A stretch of 64,000 nt of DNA from Marsupella aquatica (lineage: Eukaryota > Plantae > Marchantiophyta), in contig OZ316896.1 in assembly GCA_973895155.1 (NCBI GenBank), forward strand, positions 10,241,525 to 10,305,524. The letters run 5' to 3'. Numbering within the stretch: position 1 is the first letter of the stretch; each line of letters starts with the position of its first letter. Both the position numbers and the translations under genes were made by a program. The notes below the pieces were generated by a model. It was not told the DNA's origin. It did no database searches and was given only the letters and a program-made list of their open reading frames with translations. Below, one piece after another: positions 38,697 to 48,908 of this stretch.

Positions 38697-40536
38697 TGGT
38701 GTGTCTTAATTGTTCCCCAAACTTGTATTGTGTACATGAGCGGCTGCCATTGGTCCATTGATTGGAGAAGCATCGAATAATCGTTGTACACATCTCCCCA
38801 CTGCAATTTGAGATTGCGCAGATTCTGGACTTTGTAGTCCGTTGTCTTTGCTGTTGCTGGGAACCAGTTCTCTTTGACGCAATGCAAACGGCGATCCACG
38901 TACCGTTGTGTGTATTGTACCTTGCGTTCTCATGTCTGTCCCAAGAACTATCCTTCGCTGCACCTGTGGCAAAACTAATTCCCTCAAAGGCAATGCAAAT
39001 GGCGATACACGTATCGCTGTTTGCATTCGACCTTCTCTTCTCTCCTCTGGCACCTGTTGGAAACTTGAAGCGTCAATTGGAGATCCCAATCTCGTTGCCG
39101 ATACGTGTATCGTCTTCTTGATTCCTTCACCATACCCAGGGATAGACGGTCTAAATCGACGTCTAGAACCTAAACCTTGGATAGAAAGCTTTTGCATGAC
39201 TCGCTTTCGCTATGGCTCCGGTGGTTTTTTCCCTTAACCAGGCCACTGCCTATAAGTCGCCGGCTCATTCTTCAACAGGCACGCGGCCGAGGGGAGGGAA
39301 TGTTTAGGAGCCGACATTTATCAGGTTTACTAGGTGACACATAGTAAGCCCCAGGTTCTGGTTCAGAACTTCCATCAGAATCAGAGTCCAATATTTCGGG
39401 TACACTCTGTTGAGAAACTGGGAGTAATTTGCAAATGATTTGGCAAACATCGACGACCATGAGGACCACCATTGGGGGAGGACTCAACTGAACTGGAGGG
39501 CGACCACTCTTTAGACATGGCTAACGTATAACTAACTCTATACTGGTGGGCATTCCTGTCACAAAATGCTCTTATGCTCAAAAAACTCAAATAGACGCAT
39601 AACTTTGTGAAACAAAATGGTGCAAAAAACTTAGTCGGCGTTGATGTATTTATAGTTTTTGGTGACCCTGAGCCACGTGGCTACTTCTGACTGGTCAGCC
39701 GCTACACGACAAAATAGATTGGGTGATTAAAAAAGGTTCAAATTAGTGTTTTAACGACAAAATTAATGTACATGTTAAGTGTTTCCTCCGGGGTGGATGC
39801 AATTTTTATTCTATTTGGGATATTGTACTGTGGGTTGCTTTAATCAACCATTGAGACAATTTGGTTCTAGATGCGATACAAGTATCGCTTTTTGCATTTT
39901 GGGGTGATTTTTTCAAATTGGTCCTGTAAAAGGTGCACATATTGTGCTTTGGAGTTATGTACCATAGTTTTGCTGATTCACAATCACTTTTCACGATGGT
40001 TAGGCGGAATGGTTACCATGATTTTGTCACTTAGTTTACTTTTTGGTTAAAAGTAGATCAACTGCGTTGAACTGTGTAGTAAATTTTGGGCAACTATGAT
40101 GTAACTTTTCAAATTGTTGATAGTAAATTTTTTGAAAGGAGAGGTTGAGCTACTTTTGGAGTATATTCTCAAATGATGAATGTGGTTTGCGATACGAGTA
40201 TCGCTAGTTGCTTTCCTTTATATGTTTGGGTTTGGAAGCAAAACTATTTTCCATGTGTACAAGTTGACGGAAAATAAGGATTTTCCATGTTGGAAACAAA
40301 GTTGAACGTTGTCAACAACAAACAGTACATTTCGGAAGTTTAAATATATATAATGAGGTAGTCTGTGGGCATTGCTCACCCCTTCAATGAAATCCCATCT
40401 ACGATACAAAAATGTAACTATTGGGATATTGCGGAATTTTGGATCGCTATTTGTGTCATTTCAACAAAATTGGCGAGAATGAAAAACACCCTTCTCTATG
40501 TGCGGAAATACTTCTCAATTGGTCCGAAATCATGTT

Positions 40537-43500
40537 TTGGTGTCATTGCTTGCAAGTATGCAATCATCAACATATAGAGCTAATATCACAAAGTTTCCTC
40601 CTGACTCATAATAGTACACATTTGAGTCAGCTATGCACTTTCTAAAGCCAATGCTTAACAAGAAAGTGTCAATCCTCTTATACCATAACCTAGAGGATTG
40701 CTTGAGGCCATATAATGCCCTCAATAGGAGACATACCATTTCAGGGTCAAGAATTTTCTCCAACCACTCTAATCCTTCAGGCAACTCCATGTAGATTGGT
40801 TCCGTGAGTATACCATTCAGAAATATTGTCTTCACATCTAAAAGGATGGCCTCAAGGTCATAAAAGACCACCAAGGATAGAATGAGCCTTATAGATGTGA
40901 TTTTCACTACTGGTGAAAAAGTATCCAAGTAATCAACCCCATAGACTTGAGAATAGCCTTTGGCTACAAGTCTAGCTTTGTATCTTGCAATGCTTCCATT
41001 CGGGTTGTACTTCAACTTGAAAACCCACTTGCAGCCCACCGCCTTTCGATTTTGAGGAAGCTTGACTATGGTCCATGTGTTGTTTTTCTTCAATGAGTCT
41101 AACTCATCATTAATGGCTTTCCTCCATTGCTCTGCATCTGGTCTTGTAAGTGCCTCCTTCAAAGAAATAGGTTCCGCCATTCTTGGTCCAGATTCAGTCA
41201 CTAGGGCCACAATGGCTGAATCGGAGTCAAAACCATATCTCCTCGTTGGTATCTTCTTCCTCTTTCCCCTTCCAAATTCAGGTTCTGAGAATTCAACGTG
41301 AGTAGAGGCATCACCTTCTATTGAACCTTCAAATTCATCAAAATGTGTTGCAAATGATTATGTGGACCTGGATCGTGGTAGTGGACTACTTGGTTGTGGT
41401 CCTCTTGAAGTAGATGTGCCTGACATTTCAGTAGCCTCTTCTCTAACATCAGGTGCATTAGCTCCCACTTGAGCTAAAGCCGGTGCTCCCACTGGTGCTA
41501 GTGCTGGTGCTCCCACTGGACCTGGTGCCGGTGCTAGCACTGGTGCTCCCACTGGAGTTGGTGTTGGTGCTAGTGCTATTGGAAGTTCAAATAGCACCGG
41601 ATCATCCAACTCTGAAGTAACTGGGCCTTTTCCACCGGGCTGGTCTTCTTTAAATCGAACATCTCTTGCCACAATCACTTTGCGATCGGTTGTTCGTTGA
41701 ACTCTATAGACATCTCTTGATGTGGAGTCTTCTGGATATCCCAAAAAAATACAATCTTCGGCATGATTGTCAAGCTTCCCTCGATGGTTTTTGTTGATGT
41801 TAAGATGTGCTCTACATCCAAAAACCCTAAGATGTGACAAGTTTGGTTTTCTCCCATACCAAAGCTCATATGGTGTCTTGTCGGCATCTAGTGCTTTTGT
41901 GGGTGTTCGATTTTGAAGATAGTTAGCTGTATGAATAGCTTCCCCCCAATAGGATTGAGATAGACCTGAATGATTCAACAAGGATAGAACTGCCTCCACT
42001 AGTGTTCTATTCTTTCTCTCAGCTACTCCATTTTGTTGAGGAGTCTCTGCAACTATAAATTGCCTTGCAATCCCATATTCCTTGCAAAATAGGTCAAAGG
42101 TTGTCGACTTGTACTCTCCTCCATTGTCAGACCGCAACACCTGAACCTTTTTGCTGGTTTGTGTTCCTGCAAGAACTTTAAACTCTTTGAATTTCTCAAA
42201 GGCTTCTGACTTGTGCCTCAAGAGATATATGGTACAATATCTCGAGAAATCATCAATGAATGTGATGAAGTAGACATAGCCTGAATGAGTGGCAGTGCGA
42301 ACTGGGCCACAAATATCTGAATGAACTAAGGCAAGAAGTTCAGTTGCCTTTGATCTTCCACCCTTTGGATATTTCAACTTTGCAGACTTTGCCTTTGCAC
42401 AGGCTCCGCAATTAGACAAAGAAACTCCATCAAATTTACCAATGCCTTCCACCATGTTGTGGTCTTGCAGTTGTTGCATTCTAGCTTCATTGATGTGGCC
42501 AAGCCTTTTATGCCACATCGCCCCACTTGTTGTGATAGCAATATTTGCACTATGGAGGCTTACAGTTACACCAAGTTTATATAACTTGTTAACAGTAAAG
42601 CAAGTACTAATGATAGAGCCACTTGGACTTTTCAAAGTACATGAACCTTTCTTGATGATAGCCTCTCCTCCTTCTTCATCAAGTTGATTCACTGAAAATA
42701 GGTTCTTTGTGAGACAAGGTAGATGAAGCACCTTGTCCACCATCCTCACTGAACCATCTTGGAGTTTAATGGGAATACTTCCCACTCCAGCAATTTTCAA
42801 GGTCGAATCATCTCCCAAATACACTACTTGGGCATGATCCCAAGCTTTGTATTCCACAAAGCTTTCTCGATGATGCGCCATATGTTGGGTTGCAGCTGTG
42901 TCCACATACCAACTTGAATCTCCTTCATCGAAATTCCCAATTGATGCCACATACAACTTATGTATGACTGAGTTCGCTTGAACCTTCTTGGCATCATTTC
43001 CCTCCTTGGTACCCTTGCTCTACAGTCGCGAATAAAATATCCTTTCCGTTTATAAAAGTGACATTTCATCTTGGAAGCTTTCTCATTCCATGGTTTTTGG
43101 GAGGTGCTAGCCTTCCCAAAATTACTACCTTGTGAGATGGTAGATTTCGACCCTAGCCTTGAGTCAATGTAAAGTGTTGTTGTCAACCCTGCCAAGTCCT
43201 CCATTTTTTGCATCGTTTCCTCTTGCAATAGATATGCAATCAAGGACGGAAGAGTAAGAGTTGTATCCCTCCTTAGAGGAATAATTGCCCCCCTCCAATT
43301 TTGAGGCATGCTCCTCATGAGTACCAATCGTGCATCCTCATCTGACACTGGTGCTCCCGTTGCATTAAGTTGCTCCAAAATTCCCCTTAAAGTATGTACA
43401 TGCTTTATGACGCTTTCTCCTTCCTTCATCTTGAGAGTAGCCAACTTGTCATGAGGATACATCTTGGTTATGGCATCACTTGCTTCAAACATGTTGAGAA

Positions 43501-43780
43501 GTGTTGACCATGCTTCTGCAGCAGTCTTGGCACTACTGATATGATGTGCTTGTGAATTCTCCATGCCTTGTGTCAGAATTTGAAGTGCCTTGTTATCTTT
43601 GTGATCCCACTCTTCCAATTCATCTTTTGTTGGGGTGTACGTTGGAGTTGTTGTTGGCTTCGGGCTAGTGCCATCAACAATTCCCATCAGCTTCTCATCT
43701 TTGAAACTCAAAGTCAGTTTTCGTTTCCACACTTGGAAATATGTGCCATCAAACTTTGGGATCTTCATGTTTGACGTCAT
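40537..43780 (-). pseudogene. copia-2 gag-PR-IN and RT N-terminus
   Basis: IPKFDGTYFQVWK (gag), WYVDTAATQHM (protease), WHKRLGHIN, HSDICGP, RSDNGGEY and PQQNGVAER (integrase), RYKARLVAKGYSQ, ALYGLKQS and LYVDDC (RT); frameshift near 42990 and a stop at 41358. Confidence 0.95.
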
Positions 43781-44288
43781 GTTGAGCCGTTGCTCAATAG
43801 AAAAGGACCAACGCCTTTGACTGGATCACTATCCAATAATCTTCTTGCCACCGCAAAAAATCTTCTTGACCACTGCAAGAAGCACTGCATTCACAATAGA
43901 ACACTTATATTGTTGCTCACCACAGATGACCTACTCGGAATGCTTTCCGTTGCATCTGCGTCGTCACATTCTTCACAATGCCAAAAACAAAATTTGAGAT
44001 CAAGCGTCCTCTCTCCCAAAACGTGAATTTGATAAACTCTGCTCCTTCTAAAATGCCATCTAATCGTGCTTAGATTTGGCCTCAACTGCTCCCCCCAAAA
44101 AAATCTGTCTTGCTGCCCGATGTACCTGCTTGAAAAACTTTTCTCATCAATTGGTAGGGAATTGAGTCCAATTCTTATTTCTTCAAATTTGATTCAAGTA
44201 GTTCTAGAGGGGGAATCCTCTCTCTAGACCAACTCTCCTCTCCTCATAAGAAATATGAAGTCCCACAATTCAGAAGTAACATAACAAG

Positions 44289-44300
44289 GCTCTGATACCA
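44289..44300 (-). promoter_or_regulatory. copia-2 primer-binding site (tRNA-Met)
   Basis: Reverse complement is tggtatcagagc, abutting the LTR. Confidence 0.92.
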
Positions 44301-44882
44301 TGTTAGAATCCATGAGCCCAAGAATGTGGAAATGTGGTGTGTATGTCATTGAGTAATGAGGGGTTTTATACACTCAGGGGTCTCACTATATGGGGACCTC
44401 CCCATCGCCTGTGACGTTTTTAGGCCTCGGACCCCCTAAAATGTAAGAAATTTTTTTTATTTTTTTACCCCTATAAAGTTGGAATATTTTTGGAATATTC
44501 TAAAAATTGGATTAAAAAGACCCTAATGTTCTTATAAGTCTCAAAATTGAATTTAAAAGACCCTATTGTTCTTCTACAAAAATTCTTAAGTCTTCCCTTA
44601 GAACCAATAAAATGACCCTATCCTTCGTCGCACGTGATATGCCATTTTTGTGGAAGTGAAACCCCCGAGTTTATACATGGAGGGCATCCCTTGGATGCCA
44701 GGTCAAGTCAAACCAGAATATTGTGTATTCTCGATCTCATGCTACACATTCCCTCACATTTGCCTATAACATAGTTCACCTCATGGTCTAATTTAAGTCA
44801 CTAATTTAGGACGGTGGCCCACAACTAAGGACGGTGGCCTACCACTTAGGACGGTGGCCTACCAATTAAACCTTTTCTAATA
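44301..44882 (-). repeat. copia-2 5' LTR, interrupted by a MITE
   Basis: Matches 28056-28329 on both sides of the insertion. Confidence 0.93.
44373..44669. mobile_element. 297-bp MITE with an 8-bp TSD (hAT-like TSD length)
   Basis: TIRs ctcaggggtctcact and agtgaaacccccgag (13/15); TSD TTTATACA at 44365-44372 and 44670-44677; the sister LTR has a single tttataca at 28121-28128. Confidence 0.9.
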
Positions 44883-46144
44883 GTTGCAAGCTTCCAGGCT
44901 TAGGCGGTGTCCCTGTCATTCGATACTGATTCTCGAGGTACGTGTCCCCGTCGTTGGATACTGACTAAGACCATGGCTGGTAGACAGAACATTCGACATC
45001 TAGCGTCTGAAAGAGTTGTAATCAGCGATGCTGAAATTCTAATCCGGGCTACGTACGTACGTACCAGCTAGCGGCTCAACCTTTTCCTGTCAGTACAAGA
45101 AACCTTCCGTAAATTAACCACGAATTTCATCTCCCAAGGCCGTGGCAAGCGGCCATGCACCTCAAGCGGCACCTCAAGCGGCCATGCACCTCAGACATAT
45201 GATATTCCATGGGATTCTTGGCGGGATTGCAGTGCGGAAGCCTGGCTTTCGAGTGCAGGCATCGGTCTGGTAAAAACCGCTTCAACTCGACTGAGAATTG
45301 TCTGGAACTTTAAATTATTCTAAGTGCCACCTTTCTTTGGAATCCTTGGGTTGTCATGTTCCACAGAAAGTTTTCGGCTTGCCCACTTTGAATCTCTCAA
45401 ACAGAAACAAATGAAACAAGCTTCAGTTTCATGGAGAATAATTATCGAGCTGAATGAATTTGGCTGTTCAATCCGGTAAAATGGATCATTCCCGTCCCTT
45501 AATGATGAGTAATTGGCTCGAGTTGAATCGACACCAGCAATATATGACCCACTTAGGTAACCCATGTCATGACTTTTAACTTTGGGTTTCCGGCCTCTTT
45601 GTTTTCTAGTAAAAGGTGCCATTGCACGAAATGGAACCATGCTCTTGTAGCTGGGACCGGCACTCCCAGAAATTAGTCCATGGAACCCGGTGTCATGGTG
45701 CACCCAATCACTGAGGGTCTGGTTACATCACGTTAAGGTCACTGGGTGGGTGTAATGTTTTTTGGGGCTTTAGGCTGCTGCCACGTTAGCACTTTTTGGG
45801 TGGATGATATCTCATTATTTTATACTGTATATTTATACGGTTCACATACGGCCAACATAACTTTTTTTGAAAATGAAAACTCCCGCGGTGGAGAGACTTG
45901 AAACTTTATTGGTAACAGGAAAGAATTACATCAATAATGGTCATATGACCAATTCAAGACACTATAAAGCCTATGTATATACATGATTGATTGAGGGTTG
46001 TCTGACAAAACCCGTGTTCAGGCTATAATATCTATGTCTAATATGCCTCGTAAGTACTGAGCACAATGCCATGCGGGCCAACTACAATGAGTTCTACACT
46101 CACGGTATAAGCCTATGTCTACAAGCTAGTAACTACCACTGACA

Positions 46145-48057
46145 TTAGTTCCCTAACTTCCCGATAGAAATCAAAATAGTGCAATTGTTGATGGACTGCA
46201 CTTTAGTGAAGAGTGCCTGCACTGGATTAACAACAACAGAGCTCGGCCGCAGGTTCTCAAAATGCTCATCCCAGTTGTAGTCGTCAACCCATCCGTCATC
46301 CCTCCAGTCGACCTCACCATCTGCATTCACACCACAAGATAATTCACTCTCAGTTAAGGGAGCCAATTTAATCACCATAGGAACCATCTCATTTAGAGGA
46401 GTCGTCATCTCAGTTGTGGCAGGGGTCTGAATCTCTGCTGGACCAGCTATTGGAGCAATGTCTGCACCAGGCGGAGCCATATCTGCACTAGGTCACAAAA
46501 TTACACTAATTAGTGGCTGCAGATATTTTTAGCAGACAATATCAAAAGGCTGCGGATCGATCAACATTACAAAGATTCCAAAAGATTACCTTCACCTCCC
46601 TTCTTGCGTTTGTGAGGCGAGACATCGTCATCATCTCCATTGACCACCTTCTGCTTGAAGCGTTCTGTCTCCTCATGAAAATTTGCTTCAAAACTGGATG
46701 AGCCACTGGCACATTTCTGGGCTGCTATAACCTTCGACTCTGTGCTGCGATCGTATCAAGCGTAGGCACCTTGGCTCTTATGGCCTGTGATAATCATCCC
46801 AACTTCTGCAGGAACACCTTCAGTCACCATGCGAGTCACACAAGTGGTCCTGCCAGATTTGTTAGTGACACCATCTGTAACCAAACCACACTCCCAATGA
46901 ATCTCCTTGAGAATACCACTCAACTTCTTCACAGACACGCGCAGAGTCGAGTACCATGCATGAGTCCGAGGGCTATCTATGCATTGGTAAAATAGAAATA
47001 TGCCTGCAACAGGCAAATGAGAAATCAAACTCTCGACCGTCTCAACCATGGAACTATCGTAGCTGGTTACAGCAGGCCGAAAATGCTCATCCTGATACCG
47101 ACCGAGACCAACTTTGTAGTTCTTTGATAGACGCTCATCATATCTTACGAACCATCTAGTCTCATTGCATCCAATTTTGAAGTCTGTCTTCGCCAACCAA
47201 TGCAACTCATCACCTCCACAAATGGCAAATCGAAATAGAAGGAAATGCACTGCACGACGCTGTAGGCCATGAGGGTAAATAGTGGTTGTGCAAGGGTGAG
47301 ATAATATAGTGGCCTCATCAGCCAATGAGATGACAGATGCCTTTTTGTGAGGCAAATTAGCACCATTAGATCTTGATTGCTCCATCGCTAACACGCAAGC
47401 AATGCCAACTTGCTTAAATAGAGGACTCTCGCGCATATGAAAGATGGGCTCGTCCATCCCTGTTTGTACAATTCAAACTTCCTGTTGGTGCCTCAATACT
47501 CGATGAAATGCACAATACAGTCCCATTAACGTCTGTGTCGGATATAAGCTGCCGTCCTTACAAATCTGCTCAAAAAACTTGATTAGGATTGATGCACATT
47601 CAGCCAAAGAGAGATCCTCGAATGGAACACTCGCATCCCACCCTTTAAACTCTCGAAATCGAGTCAATCGATTGACTGCCCATCGATCCACAGGAGCGCT
47701 TGGGTTAGAACCGCCCTCGACAAGGATCTTTTGGAACTGTGGATCTTCTGCAAGAAACTCTACAGCTGCCTGGCCCTGAACTTCGATCACAATCGGGTCT
47801 TTCTTGGGACACTCATCTACATGTAAGCTGTCTAAACTCGCATTCAGCTGTTGCAACTCCGCCATACAACTGTCACCAAATGTGCAATCATTCGAGGAAC
47901 TACTCATTGTGTCGTCAACGATAGCAGCACCTTTCATCATTGACATCCCTATGCTAAATGATGGCCTGTCCATCCAAATCAACAATGCACAAACTAGGAG
48001 GTCCTCCAACAACTTCAATTCACCAACCTGCAGTTGCGCATGGACAGTCCATGGCAA
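46145..48057 (-). pseudogene. Tyrosine recombinase (Crypton/DUF3504-like) with two in-frame TGA codons
   Basis: KDGSLYPTQTL, RFAICGGDELHWL, RLSKNY and TNKSGRTTCVTRM...IITGHKSQGAYA*YD follow the R-K-HxxR-H-Y layout. ORFs 47473-48057 and 46756-47457 are in one frame. A probable intron (about 46589-46483) leads to the 46145-46480 exon. Confidence 0.85.
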
Positions 48058-48772
48058 TAGCAGTTAGAGCAGATAAAGCGACAATGACCAGATTGCACAT
48101 AAGAAAATGAGTTAGCAAGCATAGCAAGACAAATGTGACCCGGCCCTCTCAGCGCCTCTGGCCCGCCAACCTCCACATACATGTACAATCCATGGCTGGA
48201 ATCGGCAGCAAGAACCGATGGCAAGAGCATTCAACTCGTCCTCCAATGCTTCCCGCTCGGCACCCTGTAGGCGCACACAACAATCCATGAATTTAGACCA
48301 AACAACGTCATCAAATGGAGAATGCGACATGATTTATCAACACAAACCAATGCACAAACAAATCTGCAAGCAATAGTGTGACCTGGCCCTCCAACACCTC
48401 CGGCTCGCCAACCTCCAGTCGCGCATCAACAAGGTAATATGCAGCAATGTGAGTAGCCAAATCAATCAATCTCCCGATAGTGAGCCGCTGGCAACACAAA
48501 GTCTACACGACAACTCAAGAGCGCAGTGCACCGGGAGCGCAACACCAATCTACAAATCTATGGAACATCTGCGACATAATGACAAATACCTGAATAGTGA
48601 GCGCCATATAGCTGGCGGCCTCTGGTTGGCATTTGACCTAAGCCGTTCGATTAGCCCGCCCTAGCTCCTTTCAATCGGAGCTGTCCATCAGTTTTCACGA
48701 CCCTGACACAGCACGGCGCTTGGAAGGCCATCCATTCCTCCCGATGTAATCTCCGTCGTTCGTTTTGATCCT

Positions 48773-48908
48773 TAACGTTGATTAGGGGCTCGGCCCTCCC
48801 CATAATGGGGTACGGGTCTACACGTATGCGTCGGCCCACAGGGCCTCCACATACGCTCGACCCTATACCCCATTATGGGACGGGTAGAGCCCTTAATCCT
48901 ATACGTTA
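48773..48908. repeat. Long imperfect hairpin at the right end of the Crypton-like element
   Basis: taacgttgattaggggctcggccctccccataatggggtacgggtc...cgtatg pairs with catacg...gaccctataccccattatgggacgggtagagcccttaatcctatacgtta. Confidence 0.88.

Larger units (their letters stand above)
29433..40214. repeat. Dispersed 36-bp palindrome family, at least 14 copies, consensus AAWGCAAnnnGCGATACnnGTATCGCnnnTTGCWTT
   Basis: Copies start at 29433, 29738, 29778, 29827, 30024, 30659, 32140, 33245, 35813, 38881, 38992, 39088, 39863 and 40179. Confidence 0.92.
29303..40536. mobile_element. 11.2-kb TIR DNA transposon (Sola1-like) with a ParB-methyltransferase cargo gene
   Basis: TIRs aacatgatgtcggacctatcgagaag (29303-29328) and cttctcaattggtccgaaatcatgtt (40511-40536), 23/26 matching; TSD TTGG (29299-29302 and 40537-40540). 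Removing the element restores the copia RT frame YVDDCILASNDT-NILAEVKTTLMKEFEMSDLG. The superfamily assignment is less certain than the boundaries. Confidence 0.93.
28056..44882 (-). mobile_element. Full-length Ty1/copia element (copia-2) carrying two nested DNA transposons
   Basis: LTRs at 28056-28329 and 44301-44882; TSD GTTGC (28051-28055 and 44883-44887); PBS complement gctctgatacca at 44289-44300; the empty paralogous site ...attcccGTTGCaagcttcc is at about 61067. Confidence 0.96.
45736..48908 (-). mobile_element. Crypton-like tyrosine-recombinase DNA element, about 3.17 kb
   Basis: Bounded by the direct repeat ACGTTA (45730-45735 and 48903-48908); the empty paralog ggttacatcACGTTAgcccc is at 61552-61571; no TIRs, LTRs or RT; encodes a tyrosine recombinase. 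Confidence 0.88.

Noticed and set aside
38706-39590. ORFs upstream of the transposase as a third gene
   Set aside because: Their internal repetition comes from palindrome copies, overlapping ORFs occur on both strands and no motif is recognisable. They may be 5' exons or UTR of the transposase, which I cannot resolve.
29433-40214. 36-bp palindromic repeats read as a CRISPR array
   Set aside because: Spacing is irregular (4 bp to about 3 kb), the copies are degenerate, there are no cas genes and the context is eukaryotic.
41455-41580. Pro/Ala-rich repeat (PVGAPALAP) in copia-2
   Set aside because: Ordinary low-complexity linker between integrase and RT.
45320-45703. 127-aa ORF next to the Crypton-like element
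   Set aside because: It lies outside the ACGTTA boundary, its paralog at 61202-61471 differs at both ends, and no domain is recognisable.
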